From: an uncultured bacterium
GTDB lineage: Bacteria > Krumholzibacteriota > Krumholzibacteriia > LZORAL124-64-63
Length of the DNA: 64,000 nucleotides
Direction: 5' to 3'
Assembly: GCA_963732385.1 (NCBI GenBank)
Contig: CAVSZB010000005.1
Coordinates: 352,001-416,000, forward strand
The notes below the pieces were generated by a model. The model was given only the letters and a program-made list of their open reading frames with translations, searched no databases and had not been told where the DNA came from. Positions 9,573-18,714 of the stretch are shown piece after piece (the first letter of the stretch is position 1; the number at the start of each line of letters is the position of its first letter). A program made the position numbers and the translations under genes.

Positions 9573-11132
9573 ATGTCCAACCACAACCCGCTCTTTTCCC
9601 GCGCCTCGGGGATCCTGCTGCACCCGACCTCCCTGCCGGGACGTTGCGGAGTCGGCAATCTCGGCGCGCCGGCGCGCCGTTTCGTCGACTGGCTGGCCGA
9701 CGCCGGCCAGAGCTGGTGGCAGGTGCTGCCACTCGGCCCGACCACCTGGGGCGACTCCCCCTACCAGACCCTCTCGGCGTTCGCCGGCAACCCGTTGCTC
9801 ATCGACCCTGACCCGTTCGTCGCCGATGGCTGGCTGACGCCCGACGAACTCGGCGCGTCGCCCCCCTTCCCGGCCGACCACGTCGACTTCGGCCGCGTGC
9901 TGCCGTTCATGAACGGGCTGCTCGATCGCGCCTGCGACCGCTTCCAGGCCCTCGCCACCGCCGCCGGGCGCGCCGAGCACGACGCCTGGATCCGCGCGCA
10001 GGCCGCCTGGCTCGACGATTGGGCTCTCTACGCCGCGCTCAAGGAGGCGCACGACGGCCTTCCCTGGCATGCGTGGCCGGCGCCCCTCGCCCGTCGCGAT
10101 CCCGCGGCGCTGACCGCGGCCCGCGCCGCGCACGCCGCGCTCGTGGCCCGCCACCGTTTCCGTCAGTGGGTCTTCCATCGGCAGTGGGCCACCCTGCGCG
10201 CCTACGCGCAGACGCGCGGCGTCCGGCTGCTGGGCGACGTGCCGATCTTCGTCGCCCACGACAGCGCCGACGTCTGGGCCCACCGCGACCTCTTCCAACT
10301 CGACGACGCCGGCCAGCCGACCGTCGTGGCGGGGGTCCCGCCCGACTACTTCAGCAAGACCGGACAGCGCTGGGGCAACCCGCTCTACCGGTGGGACGCC
10401 CTGCGCGCGCGCGGCTACGACTGGTGGATCGCGCGTTTCCGGCAGGCGCTGGCGCTCGTCGACGCCGTGCGCATCGACCACTTCCGCGGCTTCGCGGCGA
10501 ACTGGGAAATCTCCGCCGCCGAGTCGACCGCCGTGAAGGGCCGCTGGGTTCCCGGCCCCGGCGCCGAACTCTTCCACGCCGTGCGCGACGCGCTCGGCGC
10601 GCTGCCGATCGTGGCCGAGGACCTCGGCGTGATCACGCCCGACGTGGAGAAGCTGCGCGACGATCTCGACCTGCCCGGCATGAAGGTGCTGCAGTTCGCC
10701 TGGAGCGACCCGCGCAACCCGTTCCTGCCGCACGCACATGTGCCCAACGCGGTCGTCTACAGCGGCACGCACGACAACAACACCACCGTCGGCTGGTGGA
10801 ACGACGAGACCGACGCCCGCACGCGCGCCTTCCTCGCCGGCTACCTCGGCCGCACCCTCGCCGAGATCGACCGCGAGCCGCACTGGACGCTGATACGCCT
10901 CGGCATGATGTCCCCCGCGCACACGTTCATCGCCACGCTGCAGGACGTCCTCGGTCTCGGCCCCGAGGCCCGGCTCAACACCCCCGCTTCGGCCGACGGC
11001 AACTGGAGCTGGCGCGCCCTCCCCGAACAACTCGACGACCCGGCCGCGCGCCGCCTGGCCGACTGGACCAGGCTCTATCGCCGCCGCGCCGACCAGCAGA
11101 CCCCCGACGACGACGACGAGGTGCCCGCATGA
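9573..11132 (+). CDS. malQ: 4-alpha-glucanotransferase (amylomaltase, GH77)
   Basis: RASGILLHPTSLP, WQVLPLGP, SPYQ, GVPPDYFS.TGQRWGNP, RIDHFRG, AEDLG, GTHDN. Confidence 0.96.
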   Translation: MSNHNPLFSRASGILLHPTSLPGRCGVGNLGAPARRFVDWLADAGQSWWQVLPLGPTTWGDSPYQTLSAFAGNPLLIDPDPFVADGWLTPDELGASPPFPADHVDFGRVLPFMNGLLDRACDRFQALATAAGRAEHDAWIRAQAAWLDDWALYAALKEAHDGLPWHAWPAPLARRDPAALTAARAAHAALVARHRFRQWVFHRQWATLRAYAQTRGVRLLGDVPIFVAHDSADVWAHRDLFQLDDAGQPTVVAGVPPDYFSKTGQRWGNPLYRWDALRARGYDWWIARFRQALALVDAVRIDHFRGFAANWEISAAESTAVKGRWVPGPGAELFHAVRDALGALPIVAEDLGVITPDVEKLRDDLDLPGMKVLQFAWSDPRNPFLPHAHVPNAVVYSGTHDNNTTVGWWNDETDARTRAFLAGYLGRTLAEIDREPHWTLIRLGMMSPAHTFIATLQDVLGLGPEARLNTPASADGNWSWRALPEQLDDPAARRLADWTRLYRRRADQQTPDDDDEVPA

Positions 11133-11872
11133 TCGAGATCTTCTTCCGACCCGAGGCCTGGATCAGCCTGGCCACCCTCGCCGCGATGGAAATCGTGCTC
11201 GGTATCGACAACATCGTCTTCCTGACGATCCTCGTGGGTGGCCTGCCGGAGCACCAGCGCGGCCGCGCGCGCACTCTCGGCCTGGCTCTGGCGCTCGTCA
11301 GCCGGTTGCTTCTTTTGCTCGCCATCTCCTGGGTGATGACCCTGACGACGCCCCTTTTCGCGCTGCTCGGCCAGGCTTTCTCCGGCCGCGACCTGATCCT
11401 GCTCGTGGGCGGCCTCTTCCTGGTCGCCAAGGCCACGCACGAGATCCACGCCAATCTCGAAGTCGAGACCTCCCGCCCCGACCGCCCCCGCCGCACCGCC
11501 CGCTTCGGCCTCGTGCTCGCCCAGATCGCCATCCTCGACATCGTCTTCTCCCTCGACTCCGTCGTGACCGCGATCGGCATGGCCCGGCACCTGTCGGTCA
11601 TGGTGGCCGCGATGGTGATCGCAGTGGGCGTGATGATGGTCTGCGCCGCCTCGATCGGCCGCTTCGTGGAGCGCCACCCCAGCCTGAAGATCCTCGCCCT
11701 GAGCTTTCTGATCCTCATCGGCGTCACCCTCATGGCCGACGCCCTCGGCCAGCACATCAGCAAGGGCTACATCTACTTCGCGATGGCGTTTTCGCTGGGC
11801 GTCGAGATGGTGAACATGAGGCTCGGCACCAGGAAGCAGAGTCCGGTGCATCTGCATGGGCCGGCGGCGTAG
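11129..11872 (+). CDS. TerC family integral membrane protein
   Basis: EIVLGIDNIVF, DIVFSLDSVVTA, KGYIYFAMAFS; ATG at 11129 overlaps the malQ stop. Confidence 0.93.
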   Translation: MIEIFFRPEAWISLATLAAMEIVLGIDNIVFLTILVGGLPEHQRGRARTLGLALALVSRLLLLLAISWVMTLTTPLFALLGQAFSGRDLILLVGGLFLVAKATHEIHANLEVETSRPDRPRRTARFGLVLAQIAILDIVFSLDSVVTAIGMARHLSVMVAAMVIAVGVMMVCAASIGRFVERHPSLKILALSFLILIGVTLMADALGQHISKGYIYFAMAFSLGVEMVNMRLGTRKQSPVHLHGPAA

Positions 11873-11886
11873 ACCGGTCTCCCTTT

Positions 11887-13173
11887 TCAAGCAACGCGGG
11901 ATCGAGACTTTCGCCAGGGCGCTCCCAGCAGCAGGCAGGAGACGGCGAACCAGGAGACGGCCACGCCCAGCATCAGGGCGGCGGGGCGGACGTACGAGAG
12001 GCCCGGGGCGTGTTCGGGCACCATGCGGGCGAGGTATGCGTTGAAATCCCCCATGGGCGACAGATGCCAGCCCAGAAAGAGGTGCGCGGCGAGAGTGAGG
12101 AACAGCCAGGCCGAGAAGCGGGCTGACGGGGCCTCCCGGCGCAGGGAGCCGATGACGGCGGCGGCGGCCGCGACCAGGGCGGGCAGAGCGTAGAGGAAGA
12201 TCCGCGACTTGTCGCAGCCGCCGCCGAGCAGGATGAGACCGATGACCGCGAGCGCGGTCCAGCCGGGGGCGGCGGCGAGAAAGTCCCTGGCCGCGCCGGG
12301 GCGCAGGAGCATGATGAAGGGGATCAGGCCCAAACCGGAGATGGTGGCGGCGAGCAGACGGGGCCAGGGCTCCGGTCGCAGGAAATCCCCGCAATAGCTG
12401 ACCACCGAGAGCAGCTGATCGGCGTGGTTCGTAGGCACGATTAGCAGGCGCAGGGCGACCAGCACTACCGTAACCGGGAGCAGGAAGAACAGGATCAGGC
12501 TGCGCAGGCCGCCGGGTGACAGGAGGCCCTGGCCCCGGCGCCACGCGGCATAGACCGCGAGCGAGAGCGGCAGGAAGGCCTCCTTGTGGAGCGCCGCCAG
12601 GGCCAGCAACGGGGGAATCCAGAACAGTCTCCCGGAGAGGGCGAGCGCCAGCAGGCCCAGCAGCAGGCACTGGGTGAGATAGTCGGGATAGGCGGGGGAA
12701 TAGGCCGGGAACTTGACGGTCCAGAAGACGCCGGCGTAGAGGAAGAGGCCCAGTAGCGAGGTCGCCGAAGCGAAGCCGGACAGGCGGAGACAGAGGTACA
12801 GCAGGGGCAGGGCGGCGGCCGCGCCGACGAAAGCGAGGCTGCGAAACGCATCCAGGGCCGGCAGAGGCAGCAGGGAGGCGAGAAACGGGGCCAGCACCCG
12901 GTAGCACCAGGGGGCCTGATGGGCGCGTGCGGCGAGCGCCGGATCCCCGGCCATGGCGCCGTACATGCGGCCATCGCTGTCCCAGCCGCCCTGAAAATCG
13001 GTCCGCGGGGTGAGAGCGAAGACGGCGGCGGCGATGACGAGCGCCAGCAGCGCGATGGGGATCAGTTCGCGGCCGGCGCAGGCGATGACCGGCGTTTCGG
13101 CTTTTCGAGGCGCGGCTTCAGTAGCGGGAGGAACAGGAGTCGGCCTCTTCCGCCCAGGTTTTTTTCCAGGCAT
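11887..13173 (-). CDS. Polytopic membrane protein, possibly a GT-C-like glycosyltransferase/transferase
   Basis: About 10 hydrophobic segments, N-terminal loop WDSDGRMY..PWCYRVL, HKE motif; start uncertain (13173-13242). Confidence 0.5.
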   Translation of the reverse strand: MPGKKPGRKRPTPVPPATEAAPRKAETPVIACAGRELIPIALLALVIAAAVFALTPRTDFQGGWDSDGRMYGAMAGDPALAARAHQAPWCYRVLAPFLASLLPLPALDAFRSLAFVGAAAALPLLYLCLRLSGFASATSLLGLFLYAGVFWTVKFPAYSPAYPDYLTQCLLLGLLALALSGRLFWIPPLLALAALHKEAFLPLSLAVYAAWRRGQGLLSPGGLRSLILFFLLPVTVVLVALRLLIVPTNHADQLLSVVSYCGDFLRPEPWPRLLAATISGLGLIPFIMLLRPGAARDFLAAAPGWTALAVIGLILLGGGCDKSRIFLYALPALVAAAAAVIGSLRREAPSARFSAWLFLTLAAHLFLGWHLSPMGDFNAYLARMVPEHAPGLSYVRPAALMLGVAVSWFAVSCLLLGAPWRKSRSRVA

Positions 13174-13317
13174 TCCCGTCTTCTCTTCTGGATCCCTGCC
13201 GGTCATCTGTCTTGCCCGTCGCCGGCGACGGGAAGGGGGCATTCTAGGTCTGTGTGGTCATCCTGGCAAGTCGAGCCGCCGCGCGGGTAGCGCAGCATCG
13301 ACAGGGGTTCTCCGATG

Positions 13318-13431
13318 TCCTTCCTGACAGCCGTTGCTACGGTAGTAACGAGTGCGCGGACCATGGCCGGCGGCGCGACCGGCACGAGCCCGCGAACTCG
13401 TTACTACCGTAGCAACGGCTGTTCGGAAGGA
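13318..13431. repeat. Long intergenic inverted repeat (27-bp perfect arms, ~40 bp with mismatches)
   Basis: ACAGCCGTTGCTACGGTAGTAACGAGT (13327-13353) is the exact reverse complement of 13396-13422. Confidence 0.9.
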
Positions 13432-13491
13432 CTCCGGATCGCTCGCCACGAACCCGCAAACGCGTTGCTGCCGAAGCAAAGGGGAGGGCGA

Positions 13492-15345
13492 TCATCCTGG
13501 CATGAAGAGAGCGGACAGGGCGGTTGATTGTCCAATCCCATCAATGCGGATGTCTCTCAAAAGGAAACTCAATTCTCTTTCGTCCGCGTTGATGCCGACG
13601 TCGCGCGGTATCACGGACTTGTCGGTGCTGATGATGATGGAAGCGGAATCGGATGGGGGAAGCAGAAAACTGAAAGTGAATTCCCCGCCGGGACAGTCCG
13701 TGGCGTCGACCATCCTGGATGCGACCACCGCGCCATTGGGGCGCTCCACGGTTACTTTCAGGCTGCCGCCGAAAGGCCCGTTGAGAAAGACCGCCGGGAC
13801 ATGGCCATGGAGGGACAGCTCCCTCGCCGCGCGATACCTGGCCAGGACTGTCGCCCGCTTCCCGAGCCAGTGGCTGCCATCGGGCTGCCTTTCATAGCAG
13901 CCAGCCAGGAACGCCGGGGCGGCGTCATTGGCCACGAAATCCAGTACCAGGTCATCGCCCAGTTCGGCCGCATCGCGTCCGCGTATCCTCGGGACCAGGG
14001 ACTGCGCGTCGGCACAGACCTTTTCGATGTCGGCGCATACGAAATTCCCACCCACTCCCGGCCTGTCGAGCAAAAGTATCGAGCATTTCGTCATCCATTC
14101 CTCGATGAGCTCGAGGAATTCGGCCCTGGGGATCGCCTGGCACAGGTAGCATCCCTGCGCGAAACTCTTCCAGTCCATGTCCGGGCTGACCAGCCCATGG
14201 CTCTGCGCGAAATCCCATATCTTCGTCCCCGGGAAGGGGCGCAGCTCGCCCCAGCCGGGTTTCTGGATCTTGCCATCCCGGAGGTTCCGATAGACCGCCC
14301 GCAGCGTAAGCAGAAGGTCTTCCCTGGTCTCGATCGGGGCTCCCAGAATGATACCTGGCCCCACGGAAATTCCGTATTTGTGCAGAAGATCCAGCGCCCG
14401 CTGGTTGATCTCCGCCGTACAGCCCGACTTGTTGTAGTATTCCAGGATCTTGTCGCTGAAGGATTCCAGCCCCATACCGACCTGGGTGACATTCAGCCGG
14501 ACCAGCAATCGGCAGACTTCGTCGGTGACGAGGTTGGCGCGGACCTGACAATCGAAGGCGCATCGACCGAGAATTCCCCGGGCCTCGAGCCTGGACGTCA
14601 GGTCGGAGAGCTTCTTCCTGTCGGCGATCAGGAGGTCATCGTAGATCACGATATTCCTGACCCCCTTCCGGGTCACCCAGTAGTCGATCTGCGCGGCAAA
14701 CAGGTCCATGGAGAGCGAACGGTAATTGCGAGCGAACCTGGCCGACGAACAGAAGCTGCATTTGTATGGGCACCCTCGCGCGGAAACAAGGCACATCGCA
14801 TCGGCCGGGTTGTAATACGGCAGCTCCTCGATCACGGGCTGGGGCAGGGCGTCGAGGTTCGCGATCGGCGCCCGCTCCCGGGTCCTGATCAGCTTCCCGT
14901 CGAGCCAGAACGCCAGACCTGCGATGGCCTGGAGCTTCACGGGGTCCAGGGCCCTGTGCGGCAGGTACGACCGCAGGAGTTCGACGAACGTGATTTCGCC
15001 TTCGCCAATCACTGCCGCATCGAAGCACTCGCGCAGGGACTCCGGCAGCAGCGAGATGTGGATGCCTCCGATCACCACCGGGATCCCCAACTCCCGCTTG
15101 ATTCTCTGCGCATGTTCGATCGCTATACTGTAATGATCGCTGGCGGCACTGATCCCGATGATGTCCGGTCGCTCCCTGATGAGATCATCGAGGCATTCCC
15201 GGTATATGACATCCGCATTCGGGATCTCATTATTGACGCTGGCGCCGACATAACCCAGACCCAGCGGAGCGAAGGTATTGAAACATCCCTGGGGCCGGGT
15301 GGCCAGGATCAGGCCGACCTTCAGGCGCGCGGAAACGTCAGTCAT
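13492..15345 (-). CDS. Cobalamin-binding radical SAM protein with C-terminal beta-sandwich-like module
   Basis: PLGLGYV, GGIHISLLP, GEGE, SARGCPYKCSFC, GLESFS, PFPGT. Confidence 0.9.
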   Translation of the reverse strand: MTDVSARLKVGLILATRPQGCFNTFAPLGLGYVGASVNNEIPNADVIYRECLDDLIRERPDIIGISAASDHYSIAIEHAQRIKRELGIPVVIGGIHISLLPESLRECFDAAVIGEGEITFVELLRSYLPHRALDPVKLQAIAGLAFWLDGKLIRTRERAPIANLDALPQPVIEELPYYNPADAMCLVSARGCPYKCSFCSSARFARNYRSLSMDLFAAQIDYWVTRKGVRNIVIYDDLLIADRKKLSDLTSRLEARGILGRCAFDCQVRANLVTDEVCRLLVRLNVTQVGMGLESFSDKILEYYNKSGCTAEINQRALDLLHKYGISVGPGIILGAPIETREDLLLTLRAVYRNLRDGKIQKPGWGELRPFPGTKIWDFAQSHGLVSPDMDWKSFAQGCYLCQAIPRAEFLELIEEWMTKCSILLLDRPGVGGNFVCADIEKVCADAQSLVPRIRGRDAAELGDDLVLDFVANDAAPAFLAGCYERQPDGSHWLGKRATVLARYRAARELSLHGHVPAVFLNGPFGGSLKVTVERPNGAVVASRMVDATDCPGGEFTFSFLLPPSDSASIIISTDKSVIPRDVGINADERELSFLLRDIRIDGIGQSTALSALFMPG

Positions 15346-17392
15346 GCCGCCCCCCCGCCTGGAGAACCGGAATATTGATTGTCCCGTTATCAGACACCCT
15401 GTTCTCTTCCTCCATATCCTGCGAGAACCGCACGTCGCGCAGCATGATCGACAGGTCCCGATCGTCCGGGCTCCGCCCATCTTCCGAAGGGCGGAAAGTC
15501 GCGCTGCAGCTGAGCGTGACGACATGGGCCTCTTCATGGGCCGGCAACGGCACGATGACCCTGAATTCCCCGGCATTCTCGGTGAACGTGCAGCTCGCGA
15601 TCGGCCTGGCGTTGTGCCATATCTCGCAACGGAACGACTGGGTGCGATAGATTTTGAACTGGGGGTGGCACGCCAGGGTGAAGGCCATCTTCCCGGCCGG
15701 CATGCCGGGCAGATGGCGCACCGTGAAGGCTGCGTTGCGGGCCATCCAGCGCGCGCCGGAAATGTTTTCAACCGCGTAGAACCCGTCGCCGAAGCAGACG
15801 ATGGGGTCGTCCGCCAGCATGGAGAGCACCGTCCTGAGACCCGCCTGCTCTCCTGCCCGGTGGTAGTGGAACGCGAGCAGGTGCAATCCCGTCTTCAGGG
15901 TGTCACGGTACCTGAGCAGATCGAGCGTCGCGCGCATGAACCCGGGGAGATCGCCCTGCTCCAGGCATCGCAGCGCCAGATCCTTGCGATCCCCGGCTTC
16001 CTGGCCCGTGAAGGGGGCCGCGGGCGTTTGGGTCAGTGAGGCCAGCGTCGTCGCAACCGCCGTGGCGGCGTCCCACGCGAGCCCCCACACCGAGAACAAT
16101 CCCGCATTGTCGGGGCGCAGCAGGGCCGCGACCTGCTCATGCTCGTTCTTGAGCTCCTGGAAGCGCGTCTCGGAGAGAGGAGAGAAGTAGAAGTCCCTGG
16201 ACGCGGCGAAATCATCCCAGCCCATGTCTTCGGAAACGACGCCCTTCTGCACGCCGAGGTCCCAGATGGGAGTTCCCGGGTAGGGCCTCAGATTGCCGCG
16301 CGCCCAGCGCTTGATCTTGCCCTGCGCATAGTTGCTTTCCAGGGCGGAGAACGTGGCCTTGTAGTCCTCCTCCTCCTCGCCCGGCGATCCGTAGATGATG
16401 CTGAGATCGACTTCCAGACCGTGCTTGTGCAGGGTGTCGATGGCCCTTTGATTCTGCTCGGGGGTGGTGTTGCCGGCCTTCAGATATTTCAGGACCCGGG
16501 GAGAGAACGACTCGGCCCCGAACCCGACCTGCCTGCAGTTGAGCTTGTTGAGGAGCTCGCAGAGATCGTCGTCGACCAGGTTGGCGCGAACCGATCCGGA
16601 GAAGACGATCGCGCCCAGCAGCCCCTGCATCTCCAGGCGCGAGACGATCCCGCGCAGCCGTTCACGCGGCACGATGAAAAGGTCGTCGAAGAAGTGGATC
16701 TCCCGGATGCCGAACTCCCGATGGATATGTGCGATCTCCCGGACCACGTAGTCCGCGGAGAATTGCCGCAGTCCGGGCCAGAAACGGGAGCTGGCGCAGA
16801 AGGTGCAGTGATAGGGGCATCCGCGGGAGGTGAAGAGGTGCGCGCGGTCAGGCTTGTTGCCGGTCCACAGGGCGCCCCGATCGGGCAGCGGGAGCGAGTC
16901 GAGCGGCTGGATCAGCGGGCGCGGGGCGGTCATTTCCGGGACGCCGCCGCGGCGGTACATGATGCCGCGGATCAGGGCCAGGTCCTCGGCGACGAACCGT
17001 TTGTCCCTGTTCGCGAAGGCCGTCACCAGCTCGCACAGGGTCTCCTCTCCCTCCCCCAGAACCGCCAGATCCATGTCCCGGTTGAAACTCCCGGGCATCA
17101 GGGAGATATGGATCCCCCCGATGATGACAGGCAGGCCGGACCGGGCCTTGATGTCCCGCGCGCAGCGCTGGGCCAGGTGGAACCGCTCCGTGGTGGCGCC
17201 GATTCCGATGATATCGACCCCATCGTCGAGCAGCTCGTCGGTGCTCGCCCCGATAATGGTTTCGCAGAATGGCGCGTGACGTCGCAGGTAGGAAAGGAAG
17301 TAGCCGGCGGCCAGCGGAACGAGTTCGGCCTGCCGGGCCACCGGATCGGCTCCGTCGGGGAACAAAAGGCCCAGCCGGACAGGACCGATCAT
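15338..17392 (-). CDS. Cobalamin-binding radical SAM protein with C-terminal beta-sandwich-like module
   Basis: GGIHISLMP, GEGEET, TSRGCPYHCTFC, DDLF, GAESFS, PYPGTP; paralogue of the neighbouring gene. Confidence 0.9.
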   Translation of the reverse strand: MIGPVRLGLLFPDGADPVARQAELVPLAAGYFLSYLRRHAPFCETIIGASTDELLDDGVDIIGIGATTERFHLAQRCARDIKARSGLPVIIGGIHISLMPGSFNRDMDLAVLGEGEETLCELVTAFANRDKRFVAEDLALIRGIMYRRGGVPEMTAPRPLIQPLDSLPLPDRGALWTGNKPDRAHLFTSRGCPYHCTFCASSRFWPGLRQFSADYVVREIAHIHREFGIREIHFFDDLFIVPRERLRGIVSRLEMQGLLGAIVFSGSVRANLVDDDLCELLNKLNCRQVGFGAESFSPRVLKYLKAGNTTPEQNQRAIDTLHKHGLEVDLSIIYGSPGEEEEDYKATFSALESNYAQGKIKRWARGNLRPYPGTPIWDLGVQKGVVSEDMGWDDFAASRDFYFSPLSETRFQELKNEHEQVAALLRPDNAGLFSVWGLAWDAATAVATTLASLTQTPAAPFTGQEAGDRKDLALRCLEQGDLPGFMRATLDLLRYRDTLKTGLHLLAFHYHRAGEQAGLRTVLSMLADDPIVCFGDGFYAVENISGARWMARNAAFTVRHLPGMPAGKMAFTLACHPQFKIYRTQSFRCEIWHNARPIASCTFTENAGEFRVIVPLPAHEEAHVVTLSCSATFRPSEDGRSPDDRDLSIMLRDVRFSQDMEEENRVSDNGTINIPVLQAGGRHD

Positions 17393-17399
17393 GTCCGCC

Positions 17400-18713
17400 T
17401 CATCTCGGAACCGCCTCGAGGCGGCGCGAATCCTTGAGCAGGCCCGCCGCGACCGCGAGTTCAACGGCCATGATCCGGTCCGCCAGCGGAAAGGTCGGTG
17501 TCTCGAAGTAGATGACGGTGTTGCCACCGTCGATCCTCCGGTCGAAATGGTGCGGCTGGTCAAGCATCAGATTGTTCCTGAGCACATGTTCACGCAGGGC
17601 CGTGCCGGGAAACGGTATGGCGCAGCTCATGTTGACATCCTCGAATTTGTGGCGCAGCGCGAAATCGATCGTCTTCTTCACCGTTTCCAGCGTGTCTCCG
17701 ATGTTCCCGATGATGAACTGGCCCACGATCCCGATGCCGTTGTCGCGCAGGTGCCGGATGCCTCTTTCGATGTCCTCGATGGTTTCGCCCTTGCACATGA
17801 GCCTGAGCGATTCGTTGTCCGCGGACTCGATTCCGATGCTCGTCCCGACCACTCCGGCGTCGCGCATGGCCCTGGCGGTCTCGGCGTCGAGGCGATCGGC
17901 GCGCATGCCCCGCGGGAAGTACCGGAACGGGTAGCTCTTGAAGATCTTCATCAACGCCAGGGTCCGCTCCCTGCGCATGTTGAACATGTCGTCGTTGATC
18001 GACACGATCAGGCTGCGGTCCTCGTGCTCATATATCCAGCGGAGTTCCTGGTCGATTCTCTCGAGTGGCTTGAACCGGATCGTCCTTCCGAAAATCTCAT
18101 GGCCTATGCAGAAATGGCAGTTGTTCGGGCAGCCCCGCGAGGTGGACAGGGAGTGCGCGTTCCACGTCGCGTCGATATATATGTCGCGCAGGGGGATGGG
18201 CAGTTCGGACGCGGACAGGAGCTTGCGGGACGGGTTCCGGACTATTGCGGTGCCTTGCCGGAAAGTGATGCCCTCGATGCCCGCCCAGGGGGCGCCGGCA
18301 AGGATCTCGGCGCAGGATTCCTCGCCCTCGCCGTGGACGCAGATGTCCATGTCCGGGATCTCCGCCAGCAGTTCCTCCGTACCGAGCGTCGCGTGGGGTC
18401 CCCCGGCCATGAAGACGATGTCGGCGCGCCGGGCCTTGATCCTGGATATGAGCCCCCGGGCGTACTGGGTCGCCGATTCGTCGCTGGTCACGAAGAAGCC
18501 CACATAGCGATAGCCGTACTCCTCGATCGCGCGCACGATGGATTCGTCATCGCACTGCGATGTCAGCACCGCGTGGCTTGCCAGACCGCGCTCCCTGAGC
18601 CGCGCCGCCACCGCGGATATCCCCTGGTGGACGATGCGCTCGTTCGACATCCCCCGGTCGGGGTTGATGAACAGGATCGCGGGATCTTTCGGCAGGTCAT
18701 ATCCCTGTCTCAT
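17400..18713 (-). CDS. Cobalamin-binding radical SAM protein
   Basis: GGPHAT, GEGEE, TSRGCPNNCHFC, GIESAD, PFPGT. Confidence 0.9.
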   Translation of the reverse strand: MRQGYDLPKDPAILFINPDRGMSNERIVHQGISAVAARLRERGLASHAVLTSQCDDESIVRAIEEYGYRYVGFFVTSDESATQYARGLISRIKARRADIVFMAGGPHATLGTEELLAEIPDMDICVHGEGEESCAEILAGAPWAGIEGITFRQGTAIVRNPSRKLLSASELPIPLRDIYIDATWNAHSLSTSRGCPNNCHFCIGHEIFGRTIRFKPLERIDQELRWIYEHEDRSLIVSINDDMFNMRRERTLALMKIFKSYPFRYFPRGMRADRLDAETARAMRDAGVVGTSIGIESADNESLRLMCKGETIEDIERGIRHLRDNGIGIVGQFIIGNIGDTLETVKKTIDFALRHKFEDVNMSCAIPFPGTALREHVLRNNLMLDQPHHFDRRIDGGNTVIYFETPTFPLADRIMAVELAVAAGLLKDSRRLEAVPR

Positions 18714-18714
18714 T

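Noticed and set aside
8067..11030. 987-aa minus-strand ORF and the many other long overlapping ORFs (e.g. 52936-55497, 60911-63427, 2699-4372)
   Set aside because: Antisense or alternative-frame shadows of well-supported genes in high-GC DNA; no family motifs
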